Part shown: positions 1 to 7,896 of the stretch, in pieces
Layout of the letters: each line of letters starts with the position of its first letter
Numbering within the stretch: the first letter of the stretch is position 1
DNA from: Guillardia theta nucleomorph
Lineage: Eukaryota > Protista > Cryptophyta
DNA length: 32,000 nucleotides
Direction of reading: 5' to 3'
Assembly (NCBI GenBank): GCA_000002975.1
Contig: AJ010592.2
Span: forward strand, 60,001 to 92,000
The notes under the pieces: generated by a model
The model's database searches: none
Seen by the model: only the letters and a program-made list of their open reading frames with translations
What the model was told of the DNA's origin: nothing
Made by a program: the position numbers and the translations under genes

Positions 1-340
1 TTATCTCTAGACAACTCCCATCGTCTGTTATTGATAAATTAATCGGAAAATGAGCATAAATAGGTTGGAGAATATATTCAAATCCTAAACTTACACCTAC
101 TATCATGTTTGTAATGTGTGATGCAATAGTATTTAATTTAGCTAATTGTTTTTTACCAGCCATCCATAGTAATAAAATAATTTCCTTTTTTTTTTCAAAA
201 TAACGAATAGAAATCTGAGTTTTTTCAAAACTTCTTATAATACTACCAAGTGATCCTGTAGCTGATATTTTTCTTGCCTTAGTTTTGATCTTAACATTCT
301 TGGGTATTTTGATCTTTCTTATAGTTTTAATTGTAAGCAT
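1..340 (-). CDS. rpl9: 60S ribosomal protein L9 (uL6), 3' end runs off the window
   Basis: Hand translation from ATG at 340: MLTIKTIRKIKIPKNVKIKTKARKISATGSLG...HITNMIVGVSLGFEYILQPIYAHFPIN; YAHFPIN is the L9 signature. Not in the ORF track. Confidence 0.93.
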   Translation of the reverse strand, partial: MLTIKTIRKIKIPKNVKIKTKARKISATGSLGSIIRSFEKTQISIRYFEKKKEIILLLWMAGKKQLAKLNTIASHITNMIVGVSLGFEYILQPIYAHFPINLSITDDGSCLEI

Positions 341-377
341 AACAACAAAAAAGTGTATATATCTCTACACAAAAAGA

Positions 378-463
378 TGTTAGTAATGAGATGTTTTGAA
401 CTCATGACATTTAGTGTGTTAAACTAACGCTTAAGATATGCTACCATGCTGAGCTATACTAAC
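378..463 (-). tRNA. trnV: tRNA-Val(AAC) with a ~9-nt D-arm insertion and a 3-nt T-loop insertion
   Basis: Reverse complement GTTAGTA TA GCTC AGCATGGTA G[CATATCTTA]AGC G TTAGT TT-AAC-AC ACTAA ATGTC ATGAG TTCAA[AAC]AT CTCAT TACTAAC A; all four stems pair once the bracketed bases are removed. Confidence 0.85.
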
Positions 464-503
464 GATTTCAAAAGCCAAAATAGATATCATAAAGTTATTG
501 TTG

Positions 504-1694
504 TTAATTAGTAACATTTAAAATTTCTCGCTTTAAGTTATAGATTTTATTTTTCCTCTCAATATTCTTAAAACTCAATTTACTTTCTAAGCTATATTTA
601 TTATCAACTATAATTTGATTTTTAATAATATTTTCAGAATTTTTAAACGCACCCAAACACTTTTTATTCTGAAATTGATTTGATATCTTACCAATACTAT
701 TTCTACTTATAAATCCTGAAATTAAGTTTTTAATATTGGTAACCCCGAGTTCATCATGATTTGAAAATTTTACAAAACAACAATTATAAAAATATTTTTT
801 AAAAACTTTGTTTAATGAGGTTTTATCACTATCGTTGATTATTTTTTCCCATAATAAGTCAGTTTTTCCAAGGATCATTATAGAAAAAGGTTTCTTGAAT
901 AAATTTTCTGAAATATTGAATGATAAAATTTGATACTGTAGTGGATTTACTCTTAGTATACTTGGATCCAAAAAAAATATAATAGTTTTATCTAAAGATA
1001 CGAATATTTCTTTAGTTGATCGAATTTTATTAATCACATTGTGTTTAAATTTAGTGTCAATAACTTGATATCGATAGAGATTATAGTCATAATGTCCAAC
1101 GTTAAATAGTATTAATTCATTTTGTTTTTTGAGCTTTTTGAATTTAAATCTAGTTAGTTTTTGAAATAGATTTGTTTTGCCTGACAATTTGGTACCAATG
1201 ATAATAATAGATTTTTTATAAGGATCAATCGCTGGAATAGCTTTTAAATTTAAACGAATTTGCTCTAAATATAATAAAGAATTATTTATCTTTTTTATAA
1301 CTTTACATATTTTTCCAAGAAAGGTTTTTTTAAGAATTTTACAACGGTAAAATTTCGTTTCTTTGTGAATCAATGATTTATAATTTTCTGTTAAATTAGA
1401 TATTTTTTTTAGTAACCAATTTATTTTTGATAAGTTAACCTTGTAGTAATTTCTATCAAAAATTCTAGTAAACAAATTTCTGTAGAAATGATGAAGTTGT
1501 ACAATTTTAGGAAAAAATTCAATAATTTTATTCAAATAATTACTCATAAAATTTTTAACAAAAAGTAATTTTTTAATATAAAAACTTTTTATTCTTGCAA
1601 TTGAAACATGTTTATTAATATATGTTGGCGTTTTTCTTTGTGTTTTAGACAATAGGTTGTCTATGAGATTTACTGAAGTTAAAATTTTAATCAT
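504..1694 (-). CDS. nog1: Nucleolar GTP-binding protein Nog1, highly diverged
   Basis: LSKTQRKTPT, RIKSFY..K, FP....LH.FY..L, YLEQIR..L..IP.IDP, YDY...RYQVIDT match the Nog1 N-terminal and G-domain layout; the G-motifs are degenerate. Confidence 0.88.
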   Translation of the reverse strand: MIKILTSVNLIDNLLSKTQRKTPTYINKHVSIARIKSFYIKKLLFVKNFMSNYLNKIIEFFPKIVQLHHFYRNLFTRIFDRNYYKVNLSKINWLLKKISNLTENYKSLIHKETKFYRCKILKKTFLGKICKVIKKINNSLLYLEQIRLNLKAIPAIDPYKKSIIIIGTKLSGKTNLFQKLTRFKFKKLKKQNELILFNVGHYDYNLYRYQVIDTKFKHNVINKIRSTKEIFVSLDKTIIFFLDPSILRVNPLQYQILSFNISENLFKKPFSIMILGKTDLLWEKIINDSDKTSLNKVFKKYFYNCCFVKFSNHDELGVTNIKNLISGFISRNSIGKISNQFQNKKCLGAFKNSENIIKNQIIVDNKYSLESKLSFKNIERKNKIYNLKREILNVTN

Positions 1695-1759
1695 TTATTA
1701 TACTATAATTTTGAATAATAAATAAACATATAATTGAATAATTTTAAATAAAGACCAAG

Positions 1760-2545
1760 TTAAAGATAATAATTATGTACTACAGAAGGCGAATTATATA
1801 AAACACATTTGAATTTTCTAAAATATTCTCTCGGTTTGATATCATTTGAAATTATTTTATAAATATTTAATGTTATTAATGAATCACTTCCTGCTTGATG
1901 CGATTTTCCAATTCTATTAATATTGAATTTTTCAGCTATTTTATCTAAACTTCCGTAAAAATTAGAAGAAAAATATCCTAAGTGCTTCAAATCAAAAAAA
2001 CAAGGGAAATAAAAATTTAAATGTTCAATAAAATCTTTTTTGGATAATGGAAGTTCTTTATTCGTTATCAAATTAATAAGGTATCCGAAATCATAACCAG
2101 AATGGAACGTTATCCACTTCAATTTTTTATTGCATAATAAACTTGATGAAGTTAAAAATTCTTTGAATAAATCTAAATTAATACCAATTTTATTATTAGT
2201 TTCGAACAGTAGTTTCGATTTTGATAACAAATCTATTGAATCTTGAGCGAAACAATTATTTTCAAAATCATAAACGAAATTAAATTGAAAAGTAGTACTA
2301 AATTTGAAATTACAATTTTTATCGAATGTTAAACCTATCTGAATAGTCTTTAAGATGTTAACATTTTTCCTCAACATATGATAACTTGCGTTTTCAGAAC
2401 TATATTTAAACGATTTGATTTTTAAAACAATACCTGGAAATTCGGTGTCTAAAGAAATTAAACAAGTATCTTTACATAAATTGTTAATTTCTTTAAATAT
2501 ATCTTTTACATTGTATTTCCAGACATTAATATATTTTACATTCAT
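1760..2545 (-). CDS. pop2: CCR4-NOT deadenylase Caf1/Pop2 (DEDD family)
   Basis: SLDTEFPG, IQIGLT, FQFNF, WITFHSGYDFGYL and HQAGSDS motifs intact. Confidence 0.95.
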   Translation of the reverse strand: MNVKYINVWKYNVKDIFKEINNLCKDTCLISLDTEFPGIVLKIKSFKYSSENASYHMLRKNVNILKTIQIGLTFDKNCNFKFSTTFQFNFVYDFENNCFAQDSIDLLSKSKLLFETNNKIGINLDLFKEFLTSSSLLCNKKLKWITFHSGYDFGYLINLITNKELPLSKKDFIEHLNFYFPCFFDLKHLGYFSSNFYGSLDKIAEKFNINRIGKSHQAGSDSLITLNIYKIISNDIKPREYFRKFKCVLYNSPSVVHNYYL

Positions 2546-2568
2546 GTATAAATGGATGTTTAATTTAT

Positions 2569-3075
2569 ATGATCTTAATAAACATATTATTAAATATATT
2601 AATGTATATAGTAACTATTAACAAGTTACTGTTATTTAACAATTTCAAAACATTTACTGTTTCAAAAATATCTATGAGTTTAGAAAAACATTCAGAAAGA
2701 ATTTACAATAAGAAAATTTCTTATAATACTGATAAATATATTTTCAATAAAAATTATCCTGGAACTGCTCCACCGGGACTTGTAGATGAGAATTTTCCTC
2801 TTAAAGATGTACTTGAACTCAAAATCAATAATTTGAATGTAAAAGAATTTTCAAGAGATCAAAATTGCGGGGTTATACGAGGTTCCGACGAAAGTATTTT
2901 AAATTGGTTGGAAAAAAAAAATAAGTTAAAATTAAGAAACAATGAAGATTTTAAAGATGACGCAATCGAAAAGACCCAAACCTTAATTGAAGATGATTTT
3001 GATTTCGAAAGTAATCAAGATAATTTAGAGAATTATTTTAATCCTATAAATAACAGTTTTTCCGATTATGTATAA
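2569..3075 (+). CDS. Hypothetical protein, possibly plastid-targeted (start may be ATG 2602)
   Basis: N-terminus lacks acidic residues up to ...KISMS; core YPGTAPPG...ENFPL...CG....D..IL.WL; acidic tail. Confidence 0.65.
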   Translation: MILINILLNILMYIVTINKLLLFNNFKTFTVSKISMSLEKHSERIYNKKISYNTDKYIFNKNYPGTAPPGLVDENFPLKDVLELKINNLNVKEFSRDQNCGVIRGSDESILNWLEKKNKLKLRNNEDFKDDAIEKTQTLIEDDFDFESNQDNLENYFNPINNSFSDYV

Positions 3076-3168
3076 TCGCATTTATATTTTTTATAGTTTA
3101 ATATTATTTATTATATAAAAATCTTTAATATTAAGTTTTATAGTATTACATATAAAAAAACTCAAATT

Positions 3169-3606
3169 ATGCATTGTTTTAAACTTTTAGAAAATTTTAA
3201 AAAAAATGATATTAAATTTAATAAAGAATGTTATCATTCTTTATTTTTAAATCTCAAAGTATTAAGTTTAGGAGACATATTATATTGTTTATACTTTATT
3301 AGTGGAACTGTCTTTAAGATAAACTTTAAAAAATTGATCAAATATGATTCGACGTTTAAGTGTTCTAACATTAATATTTTAGGAAAATTGTTTTTAAGTA
3401 TTAGTTTAAAACTTTTTTATTTATTCTTCTATTTAAAAGAATATACTTCATCGTCGTTTGTTTTATTGAGTTTTTACAAATTTTTCTTTTATAATTTATT
3501 TGAAATAGGCAGTCTGCGATATAAGATTAATAATAAATTTCTAAATTTCAGGTTAAAAAAGACTGTTAAACTATATATTAATAGAATAAAAATTCATAGA
3601 TATTAA
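3169..3606 (+). CDS. Hypothetical ORFan (F/I/N/K/Y rich)
   Basis: 145-codon open frame in extremely AT-rich DNA; no recognisable motif. Confidence 0.5.
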   Translation: MHCFKLLENFKKNDIKFNKECYHSLFLNLKVLSLGDILYCLYFISGTVFKINFKKLIKYDSTFKCSNINILGKLFLSISLKLFYLFFYLKEYTSSSFVLLSFYKFFFYNLFEIGSLRYKINNKFLNFRLKKTVKLYINRIKIHRY

Positions 3607-3709
3607 CAAAACATAACTAAATATTTTTTACAATATTTAATAACTATGTAAAATAAATATAATTAAATTTGACAATTAATTCTACCAGATTCATCTAAAA
3701 TTTATTACA

Positions 3710-4138
3710 ATGAAAAACAAAATATTATTATTGATAATTATTCAATGCTTTAAGAAAAAAAAGGAAAAAATATTCAGACTTAATGTATTTTCTTTTATCA
3801 ATATTATAATTTTAAATTTTTTACTTTATTTCAAATTGTATAAAAATAAAATTACAATTAAATCAAAAATCAACTTTATGACAAAACAATTTCTCATCAA
3901 CGAAAAATATATTCTATATATGTTGAAGAATTTAATATTTGAAAGAATTTATACAAAATTAGAAATTTGCAATATTAAATATCAAAATTTAAATATCCAC
4001 AAATATTCAAATACGTTAAAGTATCTAATAATAAATTATTTAATTAATAAAAAATTTAAACTTAGAAAAATAAAATTTAAAAAATTTTATTCTACTAACA
4101 AGATTTTTTTCCATTTATTTATCATTAATGTTTTTTGA
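3710..4138 (+). CDS. Hypothetical ORFan (F/I/N/K/Y rich)
   Basis: 142-codon open frame; no recognisable motif. Confidence 0.45.
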   Translation: MKNKILLLIIIQCFKKKKEKIFRLNVFSFINIIILNFLLYFKLYKNKITIKSKINFMTKQFLINEKYILYMLKNLIFERIYTKLEICNIKYQNLNIHKYSNTLKYLIINYLINKKFKLRKIKFKKFYSTNKIFFHLFIINVF

Positions 4139-4232
4139 ATTCTAAAAATCTTTTAAGATGTATAAAACAAACAATTGTATTAAATGAAAAAAAATATATA
4201 TTAATTAAATTAATTCTATTATCAACTTTTAA

Positions 4233-4664
4233 ATGAAAAGTAAACCTAAAGGAAGAAATAATAAAAAAAAACTGATTGCTTTACATAATAAAGAAAAAAA
4301 AGAACTTATTTTCAAAGACAATTGTCAAGAATACGGGCAAGTTATAAAAATGTTAGGCAACGGAAGATGTGACACTTATTGTTTCGATGGTATCAGAAGA
4401 CTATGTCATATCAGAGGCAAGATGAGAAAAAAAGTTTGGATAAATACTGGTGATATTGTATTAGTTGCTTTAAGAGATTTTCAAAATAACAAAGGTGACA
4501 TTATACACAAGTATTCTCCCGATGAATCAAGGAAATTGCGTGCTTTTGGTGAATTACCATTGACGTTTTTAAGCGACGATAAAACAATTTTAGAAAAAAA
4601 AATATTTTCAGAATTCATGGACCAAAAGTTCGAATTTGAAAGCAATAGTGCAGAGATTGAATAA
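4233..4664 (+). CDS. eif1A: Translation initiation factor eIF1A
   Basis: [40 protein letters not shown]. Confidence 0.97.
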   Translation: MKSKPKGRNNKKKLIALHNKEKKELIFKDNCQEYGQVIKMLGNGRCDTYCFDGIRRLCHIRGKMRKKVWINTGDIVLVALRDFQNNKGDIIHKYSPDESRKLRAFGELPLTFLSDDKTILEKKIFSEFMDQKFEFESNSAEIE

Positions 4665-4718
4665 TTTAATATTCATTTGCAAAGAAATGTTTGCATAATA
4701 CAATATTAAATAATTCGA

Positions 4719-5468
4719 CTATTCATCTTTTACATAATAAAAAAACTGAACCATTGGTACAACGAACGCAATTACAAGTAAAATTATGATTATTGCAGCA
4801 TATTTAGACCTCTTTTCCTCGGTTGCTTTTGCTGATTTGAAATTGCTTTGGCTAGACTGGTTTAATCTTTCAATTGGCATAATGTCACCTTTATTGGATA
4901 ATAACGAAATTAAACGATTGGTTACATCAATTGTTGCTGAGCTATACTGTTCTTCTCTAGCTTTAACCGCATATGTATCTTTTATTATAGACTCAGATAT
5001 CTGCGAGTTTAATAAACTAACATCATCTCCCCAAACAATCGAGCCACTAGCTAGCTTGGATGAAAGAACAATAAGTACATCTTTATTACCCAAATTCATT
5101 TCATTGAATATGTCTTTTGAATATTTAGAGATATCAACATCATACGGAAGAGATCTTATAGATAAAAAGTGTAATTTGAACCCAAAATCTGCTTGGAGTT
5201 TTTCTGATGATTTTTCTAAATAAACAATTGATGATTTTGTTAGTACTCCAGATTCATCATTAACAGTTTTATAATTTTGAATATTTTCTGAAGCAAAAAC
5301 TCCTGAATTATTAAATATCAAAATAGAAAATAAACCCGATTGAATAATTAAATTTTTAATATTCGAATCGATTGGGGTTTTTATAGCCTTTTGAAAATTT
5401 TTAAGGTTTATTGAACATTTTTCTTTAAGATTGTAATTTATGGAAGTTAAGTTAATAAATCCTAACAT
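4719..5468 (-). CDS. psb32: Thylakoid TPM-domain protein TLP18.3/Psb32, plastid-targeted
   Basis: Bipartite presequence ending VFA-SE; VNDESGVL TPM start; C-terminal SNFKS...TEEKR..Y.....LLVIAFVVPMVQFFYYV matches TLP18.3. Confidence 0.88.
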   Translation of the reverse strand: MLGFINLTSINYNLKEKCSINLKNFQKAIKTPIDSNIKNLIIQSGLFSILIFNNSGVFASENIQNYKTVNDESGVLTKSSIVYLEKSSEKLQADFGFKLHFLSIRSLPYDVDISKYSKDIFNEMNLGNKDVLIVLSSKLASGSIVWGDDVSLLNSQISESIIKDTYAVKAREEQYSSATIDVTNRLISLLSNKGDIMPIERLNQSSQSNFKSAKATEEKRSKYAAIIIILLVIAFVVPMVQFFYYVKDE

Positions 5469-5510
5469 AAAATGTATTCACTTAAAAATTAGTATATACT
5501 CCCACCAAAA

Positions 5511-5561
5511 AAATGATGCTTGTGTCTGTGTTAATGAATTTGATAATGAAAGTATCTGATT
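5511..5561 (+). ncRNA. Candidate very short box C/D snoRNA
   Basis: Box C-like ATGATG at 5513, D'-like ATGA at 5534, C'-like TTGATA at 5540, box D CTGA at 5556-5559, inside one of the longest spacers of the window. Confidence 0.55.
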
Positions 5562-5745
5562 ACAAAAATTATAAAATTCAAGTAAATTATATTCAATTTT
5601 TCATCTAAAATTTCTATATTTTTTTAATGTAAAAAATTAACAAATAAAATATAATTTTAAAAAAAAATTTGTTTTACTATTTTTAATATATACATATTTT
5701 TATTATATTTTAATTACATTGAGAAAGTTGAATTTCTGCATAAAT

Positions 5746-6261
5746 ATGAATAATTTCAGATATTTACGTTTTGTGAGCAAAATTCTTACTCCATCCATAA
5801 AAAATTTTGATTATTATTCACGAGTTAACTATTTGACAAAAGAAGGAAATTTTTTTTCATTTTATTCATGTGCTATTCATGATTTTTGGTTTTTCAGTGA
5901 TGATATAAAATTTTTGCTTGAAGACGAGTGTAAAGGTGAAAAAAAATTAACAAGATTTGTTTCCTTTTTTCTAATTTTAAATTTTAAAAGTTTATTCGAT
6001 AATACATTGAAATATTTCTACAGTATAATGTTAAAATATGAAAAAAAATCTTTTGATTTATTACTAAAAATTAAAAATTTGATAACAATTAATGATAAAT
6101 ATTTTTTTTTTTTAAAACTTCATGAGATTTCGATACAGACTTGGTATTCTAATGTTTCAGTTATATATAAAAAGTATGTCAATAATCGCGAATCTGAATT
6201 AGAAGATTTCGAGCTTCAAACACTCCAAATCATATCTACGAATAGAAAAATTTTAATTTAA
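5746..6261 (+). CDS. Hypothetical protein (first ATG 5746; the track starts at TTG 5719)
   Basis: Long open frame; its 3' end overlaps the convergent gene by 9 nt. Confidence 0.55.
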   Translation: MNNFRYLRFVSKILTPSIKNFDYYSRVNYLTKEGNFFSFYSCAIHDFWFFSDDIKFLLEDECKGEKKLTRFVSFFLILNFKSLFDNTLKYFYSIMLKYEKKSFDLLLKIKNLITINDKYFFFLKLHEISIQTWYSNVSVIYKKYVNNRESELEDFELQTLQIISTNRKILI

Positions 6262-6552
6262 AGATTTTTTGAAATTTTTTAAATTTCTTTCATAATTTTC
6301 AATAAACCTGCAGGATTTATTTGTTTTATAAAAATCTTTTTTGTTTAAAATTTTCCCCTTTCTAGCTAAAGCACTCTTGCATCCAAGTTTTAAATATTGT
6401 TCCAAAGAATCAATCAAATAAGTATTAAATAACTGAAATAGCCTGTTATTCACAAATTTTTTAATACTTTTATTATATAAGTATTTCTTAAATGATTTCA
6501 TTTGAATTATTTGTTCAAGTTTATTAATTTTAGGCAAGTTATGTTTAATCAT
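6253..6552 (-). CDS. Histone-fold protein, TFIID subunit TAF12-like
   Basis: LIDSLEQYLKLGCKSALARKGKILNKKDF resembles TAF12 [29 protein letters not shown]. Confidence 0.6.
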   Translation of the reverse strand: MIKHNLPKINKLEQIIQMKSFKKYLYNKSIKKFVNNRLFQLFNTYLIDSLEQYLKLGCKSALARKGKILNKKDFYKTNKSCRFIENYERNLKNFKKSLN

Positions 6553-6562
6553 AAAATATATA

Positions 6563-7327
6563 TTAATTATTTTTAATAATTTTAGAACCTCTTAATCTAC
6601 CGGTTCGTCTTGCTCCTATTAAACCAACTTTTTTACCAGGAGGTGCATCTTTTTTTATTGTTGAAGGATGACCGATATGTTGATGATTTCCTCCACCATG
6701 TGGATGATCAACTGGATTCATTGCAACCCCTCTCACTACAGGCCAATTATTTTTTTTCGACTTACATTTAAAAAATGAATTTCCAGCTTTTAACATTGGT
6801 TTATCAACTCTGTTTCCTCCTGCTACTAATCCTATTATTGCTCTAGAATTAGAAGATATAATTTTTTTAATTCCAGAAGGAAGTCTGACACGAGTTTTAT
6901 GAATTGAAACATGGTTTATAACCGTTATATAATTCCCAGATGTTTTACCTAGTTTTCCTCCATCACCTGGTCTATTTTCTAAATTACAGCATACACAACC
7001 TTCAGGAAGACTTTTTAATGGTAAAACATTTCCTATACTCAATTCAGCTTTTTTCCCACAAAAAATATTTTGACCAGTAAACATACCCTCTACTGCTAAG
7101 TATGAATAATTTGATTTTTTATAACTATAAGGACCTTCAAATTGAACTTTTGCAACAGGACAACCTCTTCCGGGGTCATGAATAATTTTTTTGATAGTTC
7201 CTTTGATGAATCCGCACTTTTCAGATTTATCGTATGCTCTAAATTTCACTTTTCCTTTTTTACCACTAGTGTGTGATGTAAAGATTCTACTAGATCCTTT
7301 TCTTTGGGATCTGATGATACGACCCAT
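6563..7327 (-). CDS. rpl8: 60S ribosomal protein L8 (uL2)
   Basis: [43 protein letters not shown]. Confidence 0.98.
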   Translation of the reverse strand: MGRIIRSQRKGSSRIFTSHTSGKKGKVKFRAYDKSEKCGFIKGTIKKIIHDPGRGCPVAKVQFEGPYSYKKSNYSYLAVEGMFTGQNIFCGKKAELSIGNVLPLKSLPEGCVCCNLENRPGDGGKLGKTSGNYITVINHVSIHKTRVRLPSGIKKIISSNSRAIIGLVAGGNRVDKPMLKAGNSFFKCKSKKNNWPVVRGVAMNPVDHPHGGGNHQHIGHPSTIKKDAPPGKKVGLIGARRTGRLRGSKIIKNN

Positions 7328-7365
7328 TAAATTTTATAAATTAGGCTGTGACAATTAATTTTTAA

Positions 7366-7800
7366 ATGTCTTCAACTGGAAGGTTATTAAAAGAATATAA
7401 TGATATAAAAAAAAATATTGAAATAAACATTAATATAAAGCCGTATGAAGATGATTTGTATAAATGGAAAGGATTCATCATCGGACCAAATGGTACCCCT
7501 TATCAAGGAAAAAGTTTTAATATAGAGTGTAGTGTACCCTTATCATATCCATTATCACCTCCAAAAATTACGTTCGTTGATCAAATTTTTCATCCTAATG
7601 TTTATCCTTCAAATGGAGAAATTTGTCTTGATATATTAAAGAACCAATGGACACCTGCATGGACAATATTATTTTCTTGCCAAGCTATTATTGTTTTATT
7701 AACTAATCCTGAACCAAATAGTCCTTTAAACTGTGACGCAGGAAATTTTTTAAGATCTAAAGATTATAGAGGTTTTAGTTCCATAGCTAAATTTATATAG
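7366..7800 (+). CDS. Ubiquitin-conjugating enzyme E2, Pex4/UBC21-like subtype
   Basis: FHPNV...GEICLDILKNQWTPAWT with catalytic Cys; C-terminal PEPNSPLNCDAGNFLRSKDYRGF is Pex4-like. Confidence 0.9.
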   Translation: MSSTGRLLKEYNDIKKNIEININIKPYEDDLYKWKGFIIGPNGTPYQGKSFNIECSVPLSYPLSPPKITFVDQIFHPNVYPSNGEICLDILKNQWTPAWTILFSCQAIIVLLTNPEPNSPLNCDAGNFLRSKDYRGFSSIAKFI

Positions 7801-7888
7801 CGGTAATAGCTCAGTTGTAAACTGATGGAGAGCATTAGACTGAAGATCTAAGTGTCCCTGGTTCGAATCAATAACCCGGGTTACCGCA
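7800..7888 (+). tRNA. trnF: tRNA-Phe(GAA) with a ~9-nt D-loop and a 7-nt T-loop insertion
   Basis: GCGGTAA TA GCTC AGTTG[TAAACTGAT]GGA GAGC A TTAGA CT-GAA-GA TCTAA GTGTC CCTGG TTCGA[ATCAATA]AC CCGGG TTACCGC A. Confidence 0.9.
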
Positions 7889-7896
7889 ATGGTATT

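Noticed and set aside
3169-4138. The two ORFans as one frameshifted or intron-split gene
   Set aside because: Different frames, stops in between and no convincing GT..AG junction.
4786-5223. Antisense ORFs inside conserved genes (also 2415, 8006, 9010, 10910, 12043, 12428, 12604, 15113, 16577, 17087, 17437, 20428, 20953, 22553, 24224, 24918, 26036, 28280)
   Set aside because: Shadow frames of recognisable genes, with no motifs of their own.
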